DNA from: Actinomycetales bacterium
GTDB lineage: Bacteria > Actinomycetota > Actinomycetes > S36-B12 > UBA5976
Assembly (NCBI GenBank): GCA_018969715.1
Contig: JAGWXT010000005.1
Span: 13,263 to 77,262 of the forward strand
Reading direction: 5' to 3'
Length of the DNA stretch: 64,000 bases
The translations under genes were made by a program, and so were the position numbers. Shown here piece by piece: positions 18,936 through 26,510 of the stretch (positions within the stretch are counted from its first letter, which is position 1; every line of letters begins with the position of its first letter). Under the pieces are notes generated by a model, which was not told the origin of the DNA, ran no database searches, and saw only the letters and a program-made list of their open reading frames with translations.

Positions 18936-20051
18936 ATGACCGCTGTCATGGGCTTCTCCGAGCTACTCCAGCGCCGTGTCCGACTCGGTGACTGGGAGGA
19001 CCAGAAGATCTCCACCTACCGCAAGATCAGCGAGGCGCTGGCCGACGGACGCTGGGACGATGCTCAGGAGTTGGCTGACTACTTCATCGACGAGGCGGCC
19101 GTCTGCTTCTTCCTCTATCGCCAGTGGCGAGCCGATCTGCGTGGCTTCCTTGCCGAGGAGGGCACACCGGAGGCCGAGCTGGTCGCGGTCGACCAGCACA
19201 TAACCGAGGTCACCCGCCTGCCGAACGGCGAGGTATTCCAACCGGAGGCGCACTGGCAGGCCTTCAAGGACCTCATCGGCGAGGTCAAGGCGGCCGCCGC
19301 AGCGCACGATGCGGCAACTGCACAGGCAGCAATGGACAAGGCAAAGGAAACGTGGCGGCAGACGCACGACCGCGATGTCGACTGGACCTACGCCTACATG
19401 AGTGAGATCGCCCAGCGGTACACAGATGACGCCATCCCCCGCATGTACGAGCGCGTACTACTGCCCCTGTTCGCATGGCGGTACGAGAAGTTCGACATCG
19501 ACAAGCACCCCTGGGATGAGGCGCTGGAGACCCTCATGTACGTCGCCTGTGAGGCAATGCGAGGCCACCTCGTGGGCCCCGAGCGCACCGGCGACATGGA
19601 GTTGATCGAGCAGGCCGATCGGTACATCCTGCGCTTCGACGCCTGCGGCTCCGGTCAGCGCACCATCCGGGGCGACTGGGTTGAGAACACCCCAGCGCGA
19701 ATGGAGTCGCCGTACAACTGGCGAGTGGCCACTGAGGAACGGGACTGGAACCACTTCACGAAGGGTGTGTGCCTGTACTGCGCCCACTGCATCATCCTCA
19801 TGGAGCAGATGCCGATCGACCGCTTCGGCTACCCCGTCCGCGTCGTCGATCCGCCCGTCTACCCGGACACCGACCGCGATCCGGCGGTTCGCCAGAAGTG
19901 CCAGTGGATCATGTTCAAGGATCCGACCGCCGTGCCCGAGGAGTACTACACGCGAGCTGGCCGGACCAAGCCGTCGGTCTTCGGCTCGCAGGCCCACGGT
20001 GCCGTCGACCTGCCCGATCCCACGACGTTCACGCTGCCCGGGTCCGGCTGA
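18936..20051 (+). CDS. uncharacterized 371-aa protein with a CxxCxxC motif
   Basis: ATG with a GAGGAAGGGAG RBS. First gene of a 7-gene plus-strand operon. Cys motifs are FDACGSGQ and GVCLYCAHC (19770-19790). I recognise no family. Confidence 0.7.
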   Translation: MTAVMGFSELLQRRVRLGDWEDQKISTYRKISEALADGRWDDAQELADYFIDEAAVCFFLYRQWRADLRGFLAEEGTPEAELVAVDQHITEVTRLPNGEVFQPEAHWQAFKDLIGEVKAAAAAHDAATAQAAMDKAKETWRQTHDRDVDWTYAYMSEIAQRYTDDAIPRMYERVLLPLFAWRYEKFDIDKHPWDEALETLMYVACEAMRGHLVGPERTGDMELIEQADRYILRFDACGSGQRTIRGDWVENTPARMESPYNWRVATEERDWNHFTKGVCLYCAHCIILMEQMPIDRFGYPVRVVDPPVYPDTDRDPAVRQKCQWIMFKDPTAVPEEYYTRAGRTKPSVFGSQAHGAVDLPDPTTFTLPGSG

Positions 20052-20057
20052 CCGGCT

Positions 20058-21092
20058 GTGGAGATTCCCCGCTCAGGGCGGGCGGCACTGCTCCCCGGGG
20101 TCGGTGCCGCCCCTGAGTTCATCGACCTGCCAGTCCAGCCGCCACTGCCCGGTCAGGCGCTGATCCGCGTTCTTGCCTGCGGGGTCTGCGGCTCGGACAA
20201 GTTCCTGCAGGACGGTGGGTTCGGTCACGACAAGCTGCCCGTGGTGCCTGGCCACGAGGCGGCTGGTGAGGTCATCGCGGTCGGTGCGGACGCTGATGCC
20301 CATCTGCTGGGAACGCTCGTCGCGCTCTACTACATCAATGCACCGCAGGAGGGACGGTGGGCACGGTCCGGACGAGAGAACATCGGGCCGAGTATCGAGC
20401 GGATGGGCGTGGACACTGACGGCGCCTTCGCCCAGTTCATCACCCGGCCGGTCCACACCCTTGTCCCCGCGCCGCCCGGCACCGACCCGGCCGCACTTGC
20501 GGTGCTCACCGACGCCGTGGGAACCGGCTACCACGCCCTCGTGCGCATCGCCCGCGTCCAACCCGGTGAGGTGCTCGCGGTGATCGGACTGGGTGGCATC
20601 GGCAGCAACGCGATCCAGGTCGGCAAGCACCTCGGGGCAACCGTCGTCGCGGTGGGTCGCAGCCAGTCCAAACGGGACCTGGCGGGACGACTCGGGGCCG
20701 ACATCATCGTCTCGGCAGCGGATGGGCCGGATGGGATCATCGCGGCCGCTGGCGGACAGATCGATGTCGTACTGCAGTGCGTGGGCAGCGCCGAGATGGA
20801 CCGCCTGGCCGTGGACATCGCCGGCTACGGCTCACGCGTCGTCATGGTCGGCTCCTGCCAGGAGTCCTTCAGCCTGCGCGCGACGGACCTCATCTGGCGG
20901 GAGTTCGCGATCCTCGGCAGTCGCGGATTCACCCGTCAGGACATCGTGGAGGTGATCGACCTGCACCAACGGGGCGTCATCACCACCGACCACCTCACCG
21001 GGCAGCAGCGTCCGCTGGCCGAGCTGGGCGAGGCGCTGGCCGACCTCCGTCAGGGCAGTGTGCTGCGGACCGTCCTACTGCCGTGGGCATGA
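20058..21092 (+). CDS. zinc-dependent alcohol/polyol dehydrogenase (MDR family)
   Basis: CGVCGSD and PGHEAAGEV zinc-ligand motifs, and GLGGIGSNA Rossmann motif. Confidence 0.8.
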   Translation: MEIPRSGRAALLPGVGAAPEFIDLPVQPPLPGQALIRVLACGVCGSDKFLQDGGFGHDKLPVVPGHEAAGEVIAVGADADAHLLGTLVALYYINAPQEGRWARSGRENIGPSIERMGVDTDGAFAQFITRPVHTLVPAPPGTDPAALAVLTDAVGTGYHALVRIARVQPGEVLAVIGLGGIGSNAIQVGKHLGATVVAVGRSQSKRDLAGRLGADIIVSAADGPDGIIAAAGGQIDVVLQCVGSAEMDRLAVDIAGYGSRVVMVGSCQESFSLRATDLIWREFAILGSRGFTRQDIVEVIDLHQRGVITTDHLTGQQRPLAELGEALADLRQGSVLRTVLLPWA

Positions 21093-21158
21093 GCGCCGCC
21101 CCCTAGGGTTTCCGACCACTACCGCCCCGTGCGGGGCGTCCGACGAGAGGGAGAAGTA

Positions 21159-21926
21159 ATGAACGAATGGCGCAGTGACGCCGGATTGCAGGGCCGAGTC
21201 GTGATCGTCACCGGGGCCGGTGGCGGGATCGGCACTGAGGTGGCGCGCGGGTTCGCGGAGGCCGGCTCCCTCGTGGCAGCCGTGGATCGCCCGGGCAGCC
21301 CGGTCGCGGAGGTTGTCCGCGGCCTGCCTGGCCACGGCCATCAGGCGATCGAGGACGATCTCGCCGACCTGGCCAGCCATGATCGGATCCTTGATCGCGT
21401 CAGCGGCATGGGCAGCCTGACGGCCCTCGCCCATCTGGCCGCCGTCCTGCGGCGGCGGGCCACCGTCAATGATGTCACCGAGGAGGACTGGGACATCCAG
21501 CACGGCGTGAACCTGAAGGCGACATTCTTCCTCAACCGATCTGTCCGCAACTACCTCGTCGAGCAGGGCACGCCCGGTGCCATCGTCAACTTCTCCTCAC
21601 AGGGCTGGTGGACGGGTGGCTTCGGCGGCTCCGTGGTGTACGCCGCGGCGAAGGGCGGGGTGGTCTCGATGAGCCGTGGCCTTGCCCGCTCGTTCGCGCC
21701 CGATCTGGTGCGGGTGAATGTTGTCTCCCCCGGTGGGGTCGACACGCAGATGATGACCGGTGGCGTCGACCCGGCCGCCAATGAGGCGTTCATCAAGATG
21801 ATCCCCCTGGGCCGATTCGCTCGACCCGATGAACTGGTCGGCGCGGTGATCTTCCTCGCCTCCGATGCCTCGTCCTACATCACCGGTGCCGTGATCAACG
21901 TCTCCGGCGGGCAGTTGATGTACTGA
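21159..21926 (+). CDS. SDR family oxidoreductase
   Basis: Trimmed to ATG 21159 (GAGAGGGAGAAG RBS). TGAGGGIG motif and YAAAK catalytic Tyr-x3-Lys. Confidence 0.85.
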   Translation: MNEWRSDAGLQGRVVIVTGAGGGIGTEVARGFAEAGSLVAAVDRPGSPVAEVVRGLPGHGHQAIEDDLADLASHDRILDRVSGMGSLTALAHLAAVLRRRATVNDVTEEDWDIQHGVNLKATFFLNRSVRNYLVEQGTPGAIVNFSSQGWWTGGFGGSVVYAAAKGGVVSMSRGLARSFAPDLVRVNVVSPGGVDTQMMTGGVDPAANEAFIKMIPLGRFARPDELVGAVIFLASDASSYITGAVINVSGGQLMY

Positions 21927-21992
21927 CCCGGCCCGCACCGCGGGAAGGGCTCCCGGTGAGCCGATTCCCGATGCGTCACGGAGGTCGGCGCC

Positions 21993-22736
21993 GTGCCGGT
22001 CTCGGACCCGACAGACGAGGAGGAAGCAGTGGAACTCACCGGTTTCGCCGGCCGGACCGCACTGGTCACCGGCGGCAGCCGAGGTATCGGCCTGCGTACC
22101 GCGCAACGGCTGCAGGAACTCGGTGCCACGGTCGCCATCGGCGACCTGGTGACCCCAGAACTCGACGACATCCGATCGGTCCGGCTCGATGTGACCGATG
22201 AGGTGAGCGTTGCGGCGGCAGTTGCTCAGGTCAGCAGGGAGTGCGGACCGATCTCGATCCTCGTGCTCAATGCCGGCATCTTCCGGGTGGAGCCTTTTGA
22301 GACGGTGACCCTTGAGTCATGGAATGCCGCGATCGCGGTCAACCTCACTGGGGCCTTCCTCTGTGCCCGTGCGGTGGTGCCGCAGATGCGCGAGCAGGGC
22401 TATGGCCGAGTCATCACGATCGGCTCAAGTGCCGGCATCACGGGTGGCTCCAAGAGCATGGCAGCCTATGCCGCCAGCAAGGCCGGGGTGATGGCCCTTG
22501 CGAAATCCCTGGCCTCGGAGTACGCCCCTCATGGCATCACCTCGAATGCCCTGGCACCGACGCTGATCGAGACGCCGATGATCGCCGACATTGGCGATCT
22601 GGCCTCGCGCATTCCCGTCGGACGGCTCGGCACGCCCACCGACGTCGCCGATCTGATCGCCTTCCTCGCCTCCGAGCACGCCGGGTACATCACCGGTGCG
22701 GTGATCGACATCAACGGCGGCTTCCTGATCCACTGA
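21993..22736 (+). CDS. SDR family oxidoreductase (FabG-like)
   Basis: TGGSRGIG, NAGI, YAASKAG motifs. Confidence 0.85.
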   Translation: MPVSDPTDEEEAVELTGFAGRTALVTGGSRGIGLRTAQRLQELGATVAIGDLVTPELDDIRSVRLDVTDEVSVAAAVAQVSRECGPISILVLNAGIFRVEPFETVTLESWNAAIAVNLTGAFLCARAVVPQMREQGYGRVITIGSSAGITGGSKSMAAYAASKAGVMALAKSLASEYAPHGITSNALAPTLIETPMIADIGDLASRIPVGRLGTPTDVADLIAFLASEHAGYITGAVIDINGGFLIH

Positions 22737-22795
22737 TCCCCTGCGTCCACTGATCCCCTGATAGCCGCATCCACCACCACCCGAAGGAGGAAACC

Positions 22796-23683
22796 ATGGC
22801 AGGTCACCGTCACCCCATCATCGATACCCACGTGCACTTCTGGGACTTCAAGGATGAGCGCCTGAAGTGGGTCTGGCTGGAGCGCGACTGGATCCACCCG
22901 ATTCTGGGGAACATCGATGCCATGAAGGCCGTGGCGTACCAGATCGATGATGTCTGGGCGGAGGCGCGATTTGCCGATGTCGAGGGTTTCGTGCATGTGC
23001 AGGCGGCGATCGGCTCTGCCGATCCGGTTGACGAGACCCGCTGGCTGCACGAGATGCGCCAGCGGTCGGCGATCCCGTTCACCATCATTGCCGACGCCAC
23101 CCTTGGGGCCGACAATGCGGCGGCGGTGATCGATGGGCACGCCGAGTCCCCCTATTTCGTGGGGGTGCGTGACTTCACCGCAGAGCCGATGCTGGCGGCC
23201 GGCGGCACCAATGCGGCATATGAGCAGTCACTGCGGATCCTTGCCGAGCGGTCCCTGGTCTTCGACCTTGACTGTGAGTGGCCGAATATGGCGGCAGCGC
23301 GGGCCCTGGCCGAGCGCCATCCGGATCTCCTCATCGTGCTGGAGCACATCGGCTTCCCCCGAGCCCGTGACGATGACTACTTCGAGAACTGGCGCAGTGG
23401 CATGCGCACCCTGGCCGGCGCGCCCAATGTCACCTGCAAGATCTCGGGAGTGGGCATGACTGACCCGCGCTTCACCCCCGAGTCACTGCGCCGCTGGGTG
23501 GAGACCTGTGTCGAGGTCTTCGGGCCGGCGCGCTGCGTGCTCGGTTCGAACTGGCCGGTCGATCGCCTCTACAGCTCCTATGACGTCATCATGGATCTCT
23601 ACCGGGGCTATATCGCGGGCCTGGGTGAGACCGAGCAGGTGGCGATCCTGTCGGGCAACGCTCGCCGGCTGTACCGCCTGTGA
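22796..23683 (+). CDS. amidohydrolase-2 family protein, sugar-lactonase-like
   Basis: N-terminal IIDTHVHFWD (HxH metal motif) and a GAAGGAGGAAACC RBS. ~295 aa, as in the PF04909-type L-fucono/rhamnono-lactonases. Confidence 0.7.
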   Translation: MAGHRHPIIDTHVHFWDFKDERLKWVWLERDWIHPILGNIDAMKAVAYQIDDVWAEARFADVEGFVHVQAAIGSADPVDETRWLHEMRQRSAIPFTIIADATLGADNAAAVIDGHAESPYFVGVRDFTAEPMLAAGGTNAAYEQSLRILAERSLVFDLDCEWPNMAAARALAERHPDLLIVLEHIGFPRARDDDYFENWRSGMRTLAGAPNVTCKISGVGMTDPRFTPESLRRWVETCVEVFGPARCVLGSNWPVDRLYSSYDVIMDLYRGYIAGLGETEQVAILSGNARRLYRL

Positions 23684-24435
23684 ATACCGGCCCGCTCGTG
23701 ACCACGGGCACCGCCCTCGTCACCGGCGCGGCCAATGGCATTGGACGTGCGGTCGCCCTGCGCCTGCGGGCGCAGGGCGTCGCCGTTCTCGCGGTTGACC
23801 GCGACGCCGCCGGGCTCGCCGATGCCGCGGCTGCCGGGGCCACGCCGATCGTCGCCGATCTCGCCGATGCGGCCGGCCGTCAGCGCGTGATCGACTCCGG
23901 ACAGGGTGTGGACTACCTCGTCAATGCCGCAGGCGTGATCCGTCTGAAGCCGATTCTCGACTTCACGGCCGAGGACATCCGGGACATCTACGCGGTGAAT
24001 GTCGAGGCGGTCTGGCTGCTGATGTCGCACATCGGCCGCTCGATGCCGGACGGCTCAGCGATCGTCAACCTCAGTTCCGTCTCCGCCCGACTGGCCACCA
24101 CCCAGGAGACCGCGGTCTACGCCTCGTCGAAGACGGCGGTGCTGTCGATCACCCGCTCCTTCGCCTACGCCTTCGCACCCCGCGGCATTCGCGTCAACGC
24201 CGTGCTTCCCGGGATCATCGACACGCCCATGCAGGACAACGTCCTCGACTCCCTGGCCAGGCTGCGCGGGATCAGCCTGGAGCAGATCGCCACACTGCGG
24301 CTGGGAACCGTCCCCCTCGGCCGTACCGCCACCCCGGATGAGTGCGCCGGCCTGATCTGCTTCCTGCTCTCCCCGGATGCGGCCTATCTGACCGGGCAGG
24401 CGATCAGTCAGGACGGTGGGCTGGCGATGTGGTGA
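23680..24435 (+). CDS. SDR family oxidoreductase
   Basis: GTGA start/stop overlap with the upstream gene. TGAANGIG and YASSKTA motifs. Confidence 0.85.
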   Translation: MNTGPLVTTGTALVTGAANGIGRAVALRLRAQGVAVLAVDRDAAGLADAAAAGATPIVADLADAAGRQRVIDSGQGVDYLVNAAGVIRLKPILDFTAEDIRDIYAVNVEAVWLLMSHIGRSMPDGSAIVNLSSVSARLATTQETAVYASSKTAVLSITRSFAYAFAPRGIRVNAVLPGIIDTPMQDNVLDSLARLRGISLEQIATLRLGTVPLGRTATPDECAGLICFLLSPDAAYLTGQAISQDGGLAMW

Positions 24436-25934
24436 GCCCGTTGGTGCTGGTCGGTGCGTTCTCGATCGAGGGCGACAGTTTCGTCCCCGGGGAGACCACC
24501 CTCACTGACTTCCAACGGCAGGTATGGGCAACCGGTGATGAGGTGACCCGCGACTGCTGTGGCAGCGACAGTGAGCTGGCGGGCGCCTGGGATGTGCTGG
24601 TGGCGGCCGGCATCACCCCCATCGGCTCGGTCGCGGCGCGCTCATCACCGGGACCACGGGTTGCGAGGGCGGTATTCGAGCAGGTCTGCCAGGGCATCCT
24701 GAGCAGATGCACCGCAGGCGTCGACGGTGTGTACCTCATGCTGCACGGTTCAGCTCTCGTCATCGGGGAGGACGACCCGGAGGGCTGGCTGCTGACTGAG
24801 ATCCGCGCGCGCGTCGGACCCACGGTGCCGATTGCCATCAGTCTCGACCTGCACGCTTACCTGACTGAGCGGATGCTGGCCAGCGTCGACATCGTCACCG
24901 TGTACCGCACCTGCCCGCATATCGACCTGTATCGCACGGGTGAGCAGGCCGGCAGGCTGCTCACCCGAACCCTGCTCGGCCAGATCAGCCCGGTCTGCCG
25001 CCGGGTCCGGCTGCCGATGATCACGCCACCGGAGCGGCATGACTCCGCCCAGGACCCGTTCGCGCGGCTGCAGGCCGCCTGCACCCAGGCGGAGCAGGAC
25101 GGGGCACTTGCCGCCGGGCTGCTCTCCACACAACCCTGGCTCGACGTCCCCGAGCTCGGGTGGTCCGCAGTGGTCACCACCGATGACGATCCCCTGGCAG
25201 CCGAGGCGGCCGCTGAGCGAATTGCCGACCAGGCTTGGCAGGTGCGCGAGGAATTCCTCCACACGACGGCAATTGGGTGTGAGCAGGCCGTGACCGAGGC
25301 CCTTGCGCAACCCGGAGTGTGCACCATCGCCGACCTTGGTGATGCCACCAATGGCGGCTCCTATGGCGACAGCACCGAGCTGCTGCGCGTGCTGCTGGAC
25401 CGCCAGACCAGCGGCCAGCCCGCGGGCCCGGCGGCGCTCTCGGTGACCGACCCGGTGGCCGCTGCGGCGGCATGGCGCGCCGGTGTCGGGTCGAGGGTCA
25501 CCCTCACCGTCGGGACCGGTGCCGCCGGTGCGTTCAACGAGGCTGTCACCGTCAGCGCCGCTGTTGACCGGCTCTGGCGGGGGGAGATCCGCTACACCCA
25601 CCCGGCCGCCTACGGGCTGCTGGACGACCCCGGGGACACTGCGGTGCTCACCGTGGGCGAGGTGACGGTGATCGTGCACAGCCGGCCAGTGCGGGTCATC
25701 GACCCTGCCATCTATCGCGCCGTCGGTGTCGACCTCGCCGGACTGAGGATCGTGCAGGCGAAGTCCCACGTGTCATTCCGGGCCGGCTTCGAGCCGGTCA
25801 CCGACCTCAGCATCCTCGCGGACACCCGGGGGCCGACGGCGGCGAACCTCACCACGCTGCCCTATGCCAATCGGCCCCGTCCACTGTTCCCGTTCGAGGA
25901 TGCGAAGTGGCCACCCGCGGCCAAGAACCGCTAG
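24429..25934 (+). CDS. M81 (MlrC-like, DUF1485 + MlrC C-terminal) family protein
   Basis: Track ORF 24342-25934 trimmed to GTG 24429/24432, overlapping the SDR stop. Strings MLHGSALV..DPEG, ISLDLHAY and YRTCPHID match the MlrC-family pattern from memory. Confidence 0.65.
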   Translation: MVSPLVLVGAFSIEGDSFVPGETTLTDFQRQVWATGDEVTRDCCGSDSELAGAWDVLVAAGITPIGSVAARSSPGPRVARAVFEQVCQGILSRCTAGVDGVYLMLHGSALVIGEDDPEGWLLTEIRARVGPTVPIAISLDLHAYLTERMLASVDIVTVYRTCPHIDLYRTGEQAGRLLTRTLLGQISPVCRRVRLPMITPPERHDSAQDPFARLQAACTQAEQDGALAAGLLSTQPWLDVPELGWSAVVTTDDDPLAAEAAAERIADQAWQVREEFLHTTAIGCEQAVTEALAQPGVCTIADLGDATNGGSYGDSTELLRVLLDRQTSGQPAGPAALSVTDPVAAAAAWRAGVGSRVTLTVGTGAAGAFNEAVTVSAAVDRLWRGEIRYTHPAAYGLLDDPGDTAVLTVGEVTVIVHSRPVRVIDPAIYRAVGVDLAGLRIVQAKSHVSFRAGFEPVTDLSILADTRGPTAANLTTLPYANRPRPLFPFEDAKWPPAAKNR

Positions 25935-26245
25935 TCGAGGTGCCAGACCTCGTCCATGACCATGAGGTTGCCACGACCGTCAGTGAGATTGACGATGGTG
26001 TCCTTGAACCACTCCGCCCACCGCGCATTGTGCTCGGATTGGCCGACCTTGCCGAAGGCGGTCGCCATATCAGGGTGGCACTCAACGTATCCGACGACCT
26101 GGGTGCCGCGACGGAACAGTGAGTAGTTCTTCAACCCCGCCTGCTGGATGACCTCGACCAGCTCCGGCCAGATCTCATCGTGGCGTCGCTTGTACTCATC
26201 CTGCTGGCCCTCGTAGACCTCGAACGTGAAGCAGACCCGCTCCAT
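25931..26245 (-). CDS. rhaM: L-rhamnose mutarotase family protein
   Basis: 104 aa: MERVCFTFEVYEGQQDEYKRRHDEIWPELVEVIQQAGLKNYSLF... The size and the Y-x-RRH-x-IWPE string are characteristic of RhaM/RhaU (PF05336). Confidence 0.8.
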   Translation of the reverse strand: MERVCFTFEVYEGQQDEYKRRHDEIWPELVEVIQQAGLKNYSLFRRGTQVVGYVECHPDMATAFGKVGQSEHNARWAEWFKDTIVNLTDGRGNLMVMDEVWHLD

Positions 26246-26318
26246 GGCGCCTCCTTGGCTGAGATGGCATGTTCCGGTGCGACTGCGCGGCAGCGTACTT
26301 GACCGGTCGTGTGCGCGT

Positions 26319-26404
26319 CGGGGGTCATGAGCCGGGGGTCATAAGCCGGGGTCACAAGCCCGGGTCACAAGCCCGGGTCACAAGCCCGGGTCACAATTCG
26401 ATAA
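26319..26404. repeat. 6-copy 13-bp tandem array GGGTCAYRAGCCS ending in the 18-nt box GGGTCACAATTCGATAAC
   Basis: GTCA cores at 26323, 26337, 26350, 26363, 26376 and 26389, giving periods of 14, 13, 13, 13, 13. Located in the rhaM / ABC divergent intergenic region. Confidence 0.9.
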
Positions 26405-26437
26405 CAGCGAGAGCGAGGGCCGGCGCTGGGCTTGACA

Positions 26438-26450
26438 GCATGTCTGACAT
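26438..26450. promoter_or_regulatory. 13-bp palindrome CATGTC-T-GACATG next to a TTGACA hexamer
   Basis: Perfect 6-bp arms. TTGACA at 26431-26436 immediately precedes it. Lies 60 nt upstream of ATG 26511. The function (operator overlapping a promoter) is inferred only. Confidence 0.3.
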
Positions 26451-26510
26451 GTTGTTGCCTATGCTCCAAGGCCGCTTGGCCTGTGGGATCGTGAGGCGTC
26501 GGAGGTACCC

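Noticed and set aside
21124-21139. Short hairpin CGCCCCG-tg-CGGGGCG after the Zn-ADH gene, and the GGTTTCCGA string at ~21108 resembling half of the LacI-type motif.
   Set aside because: The stem is only ~6 bp with a minimal loop. The motif match covers just one half-site without the CTGG...CG core. It is not called as a terminator or operator.
26431-26464. Sigma-70-like promoter: TTGACA at 26431 with TATGCT at 26459.
   Set aside because: The spacer would be 22 nt, too long for a canonical promoter. Only the TTGACA hexamer and the adjacent palindrome are reported, without a promoter call.
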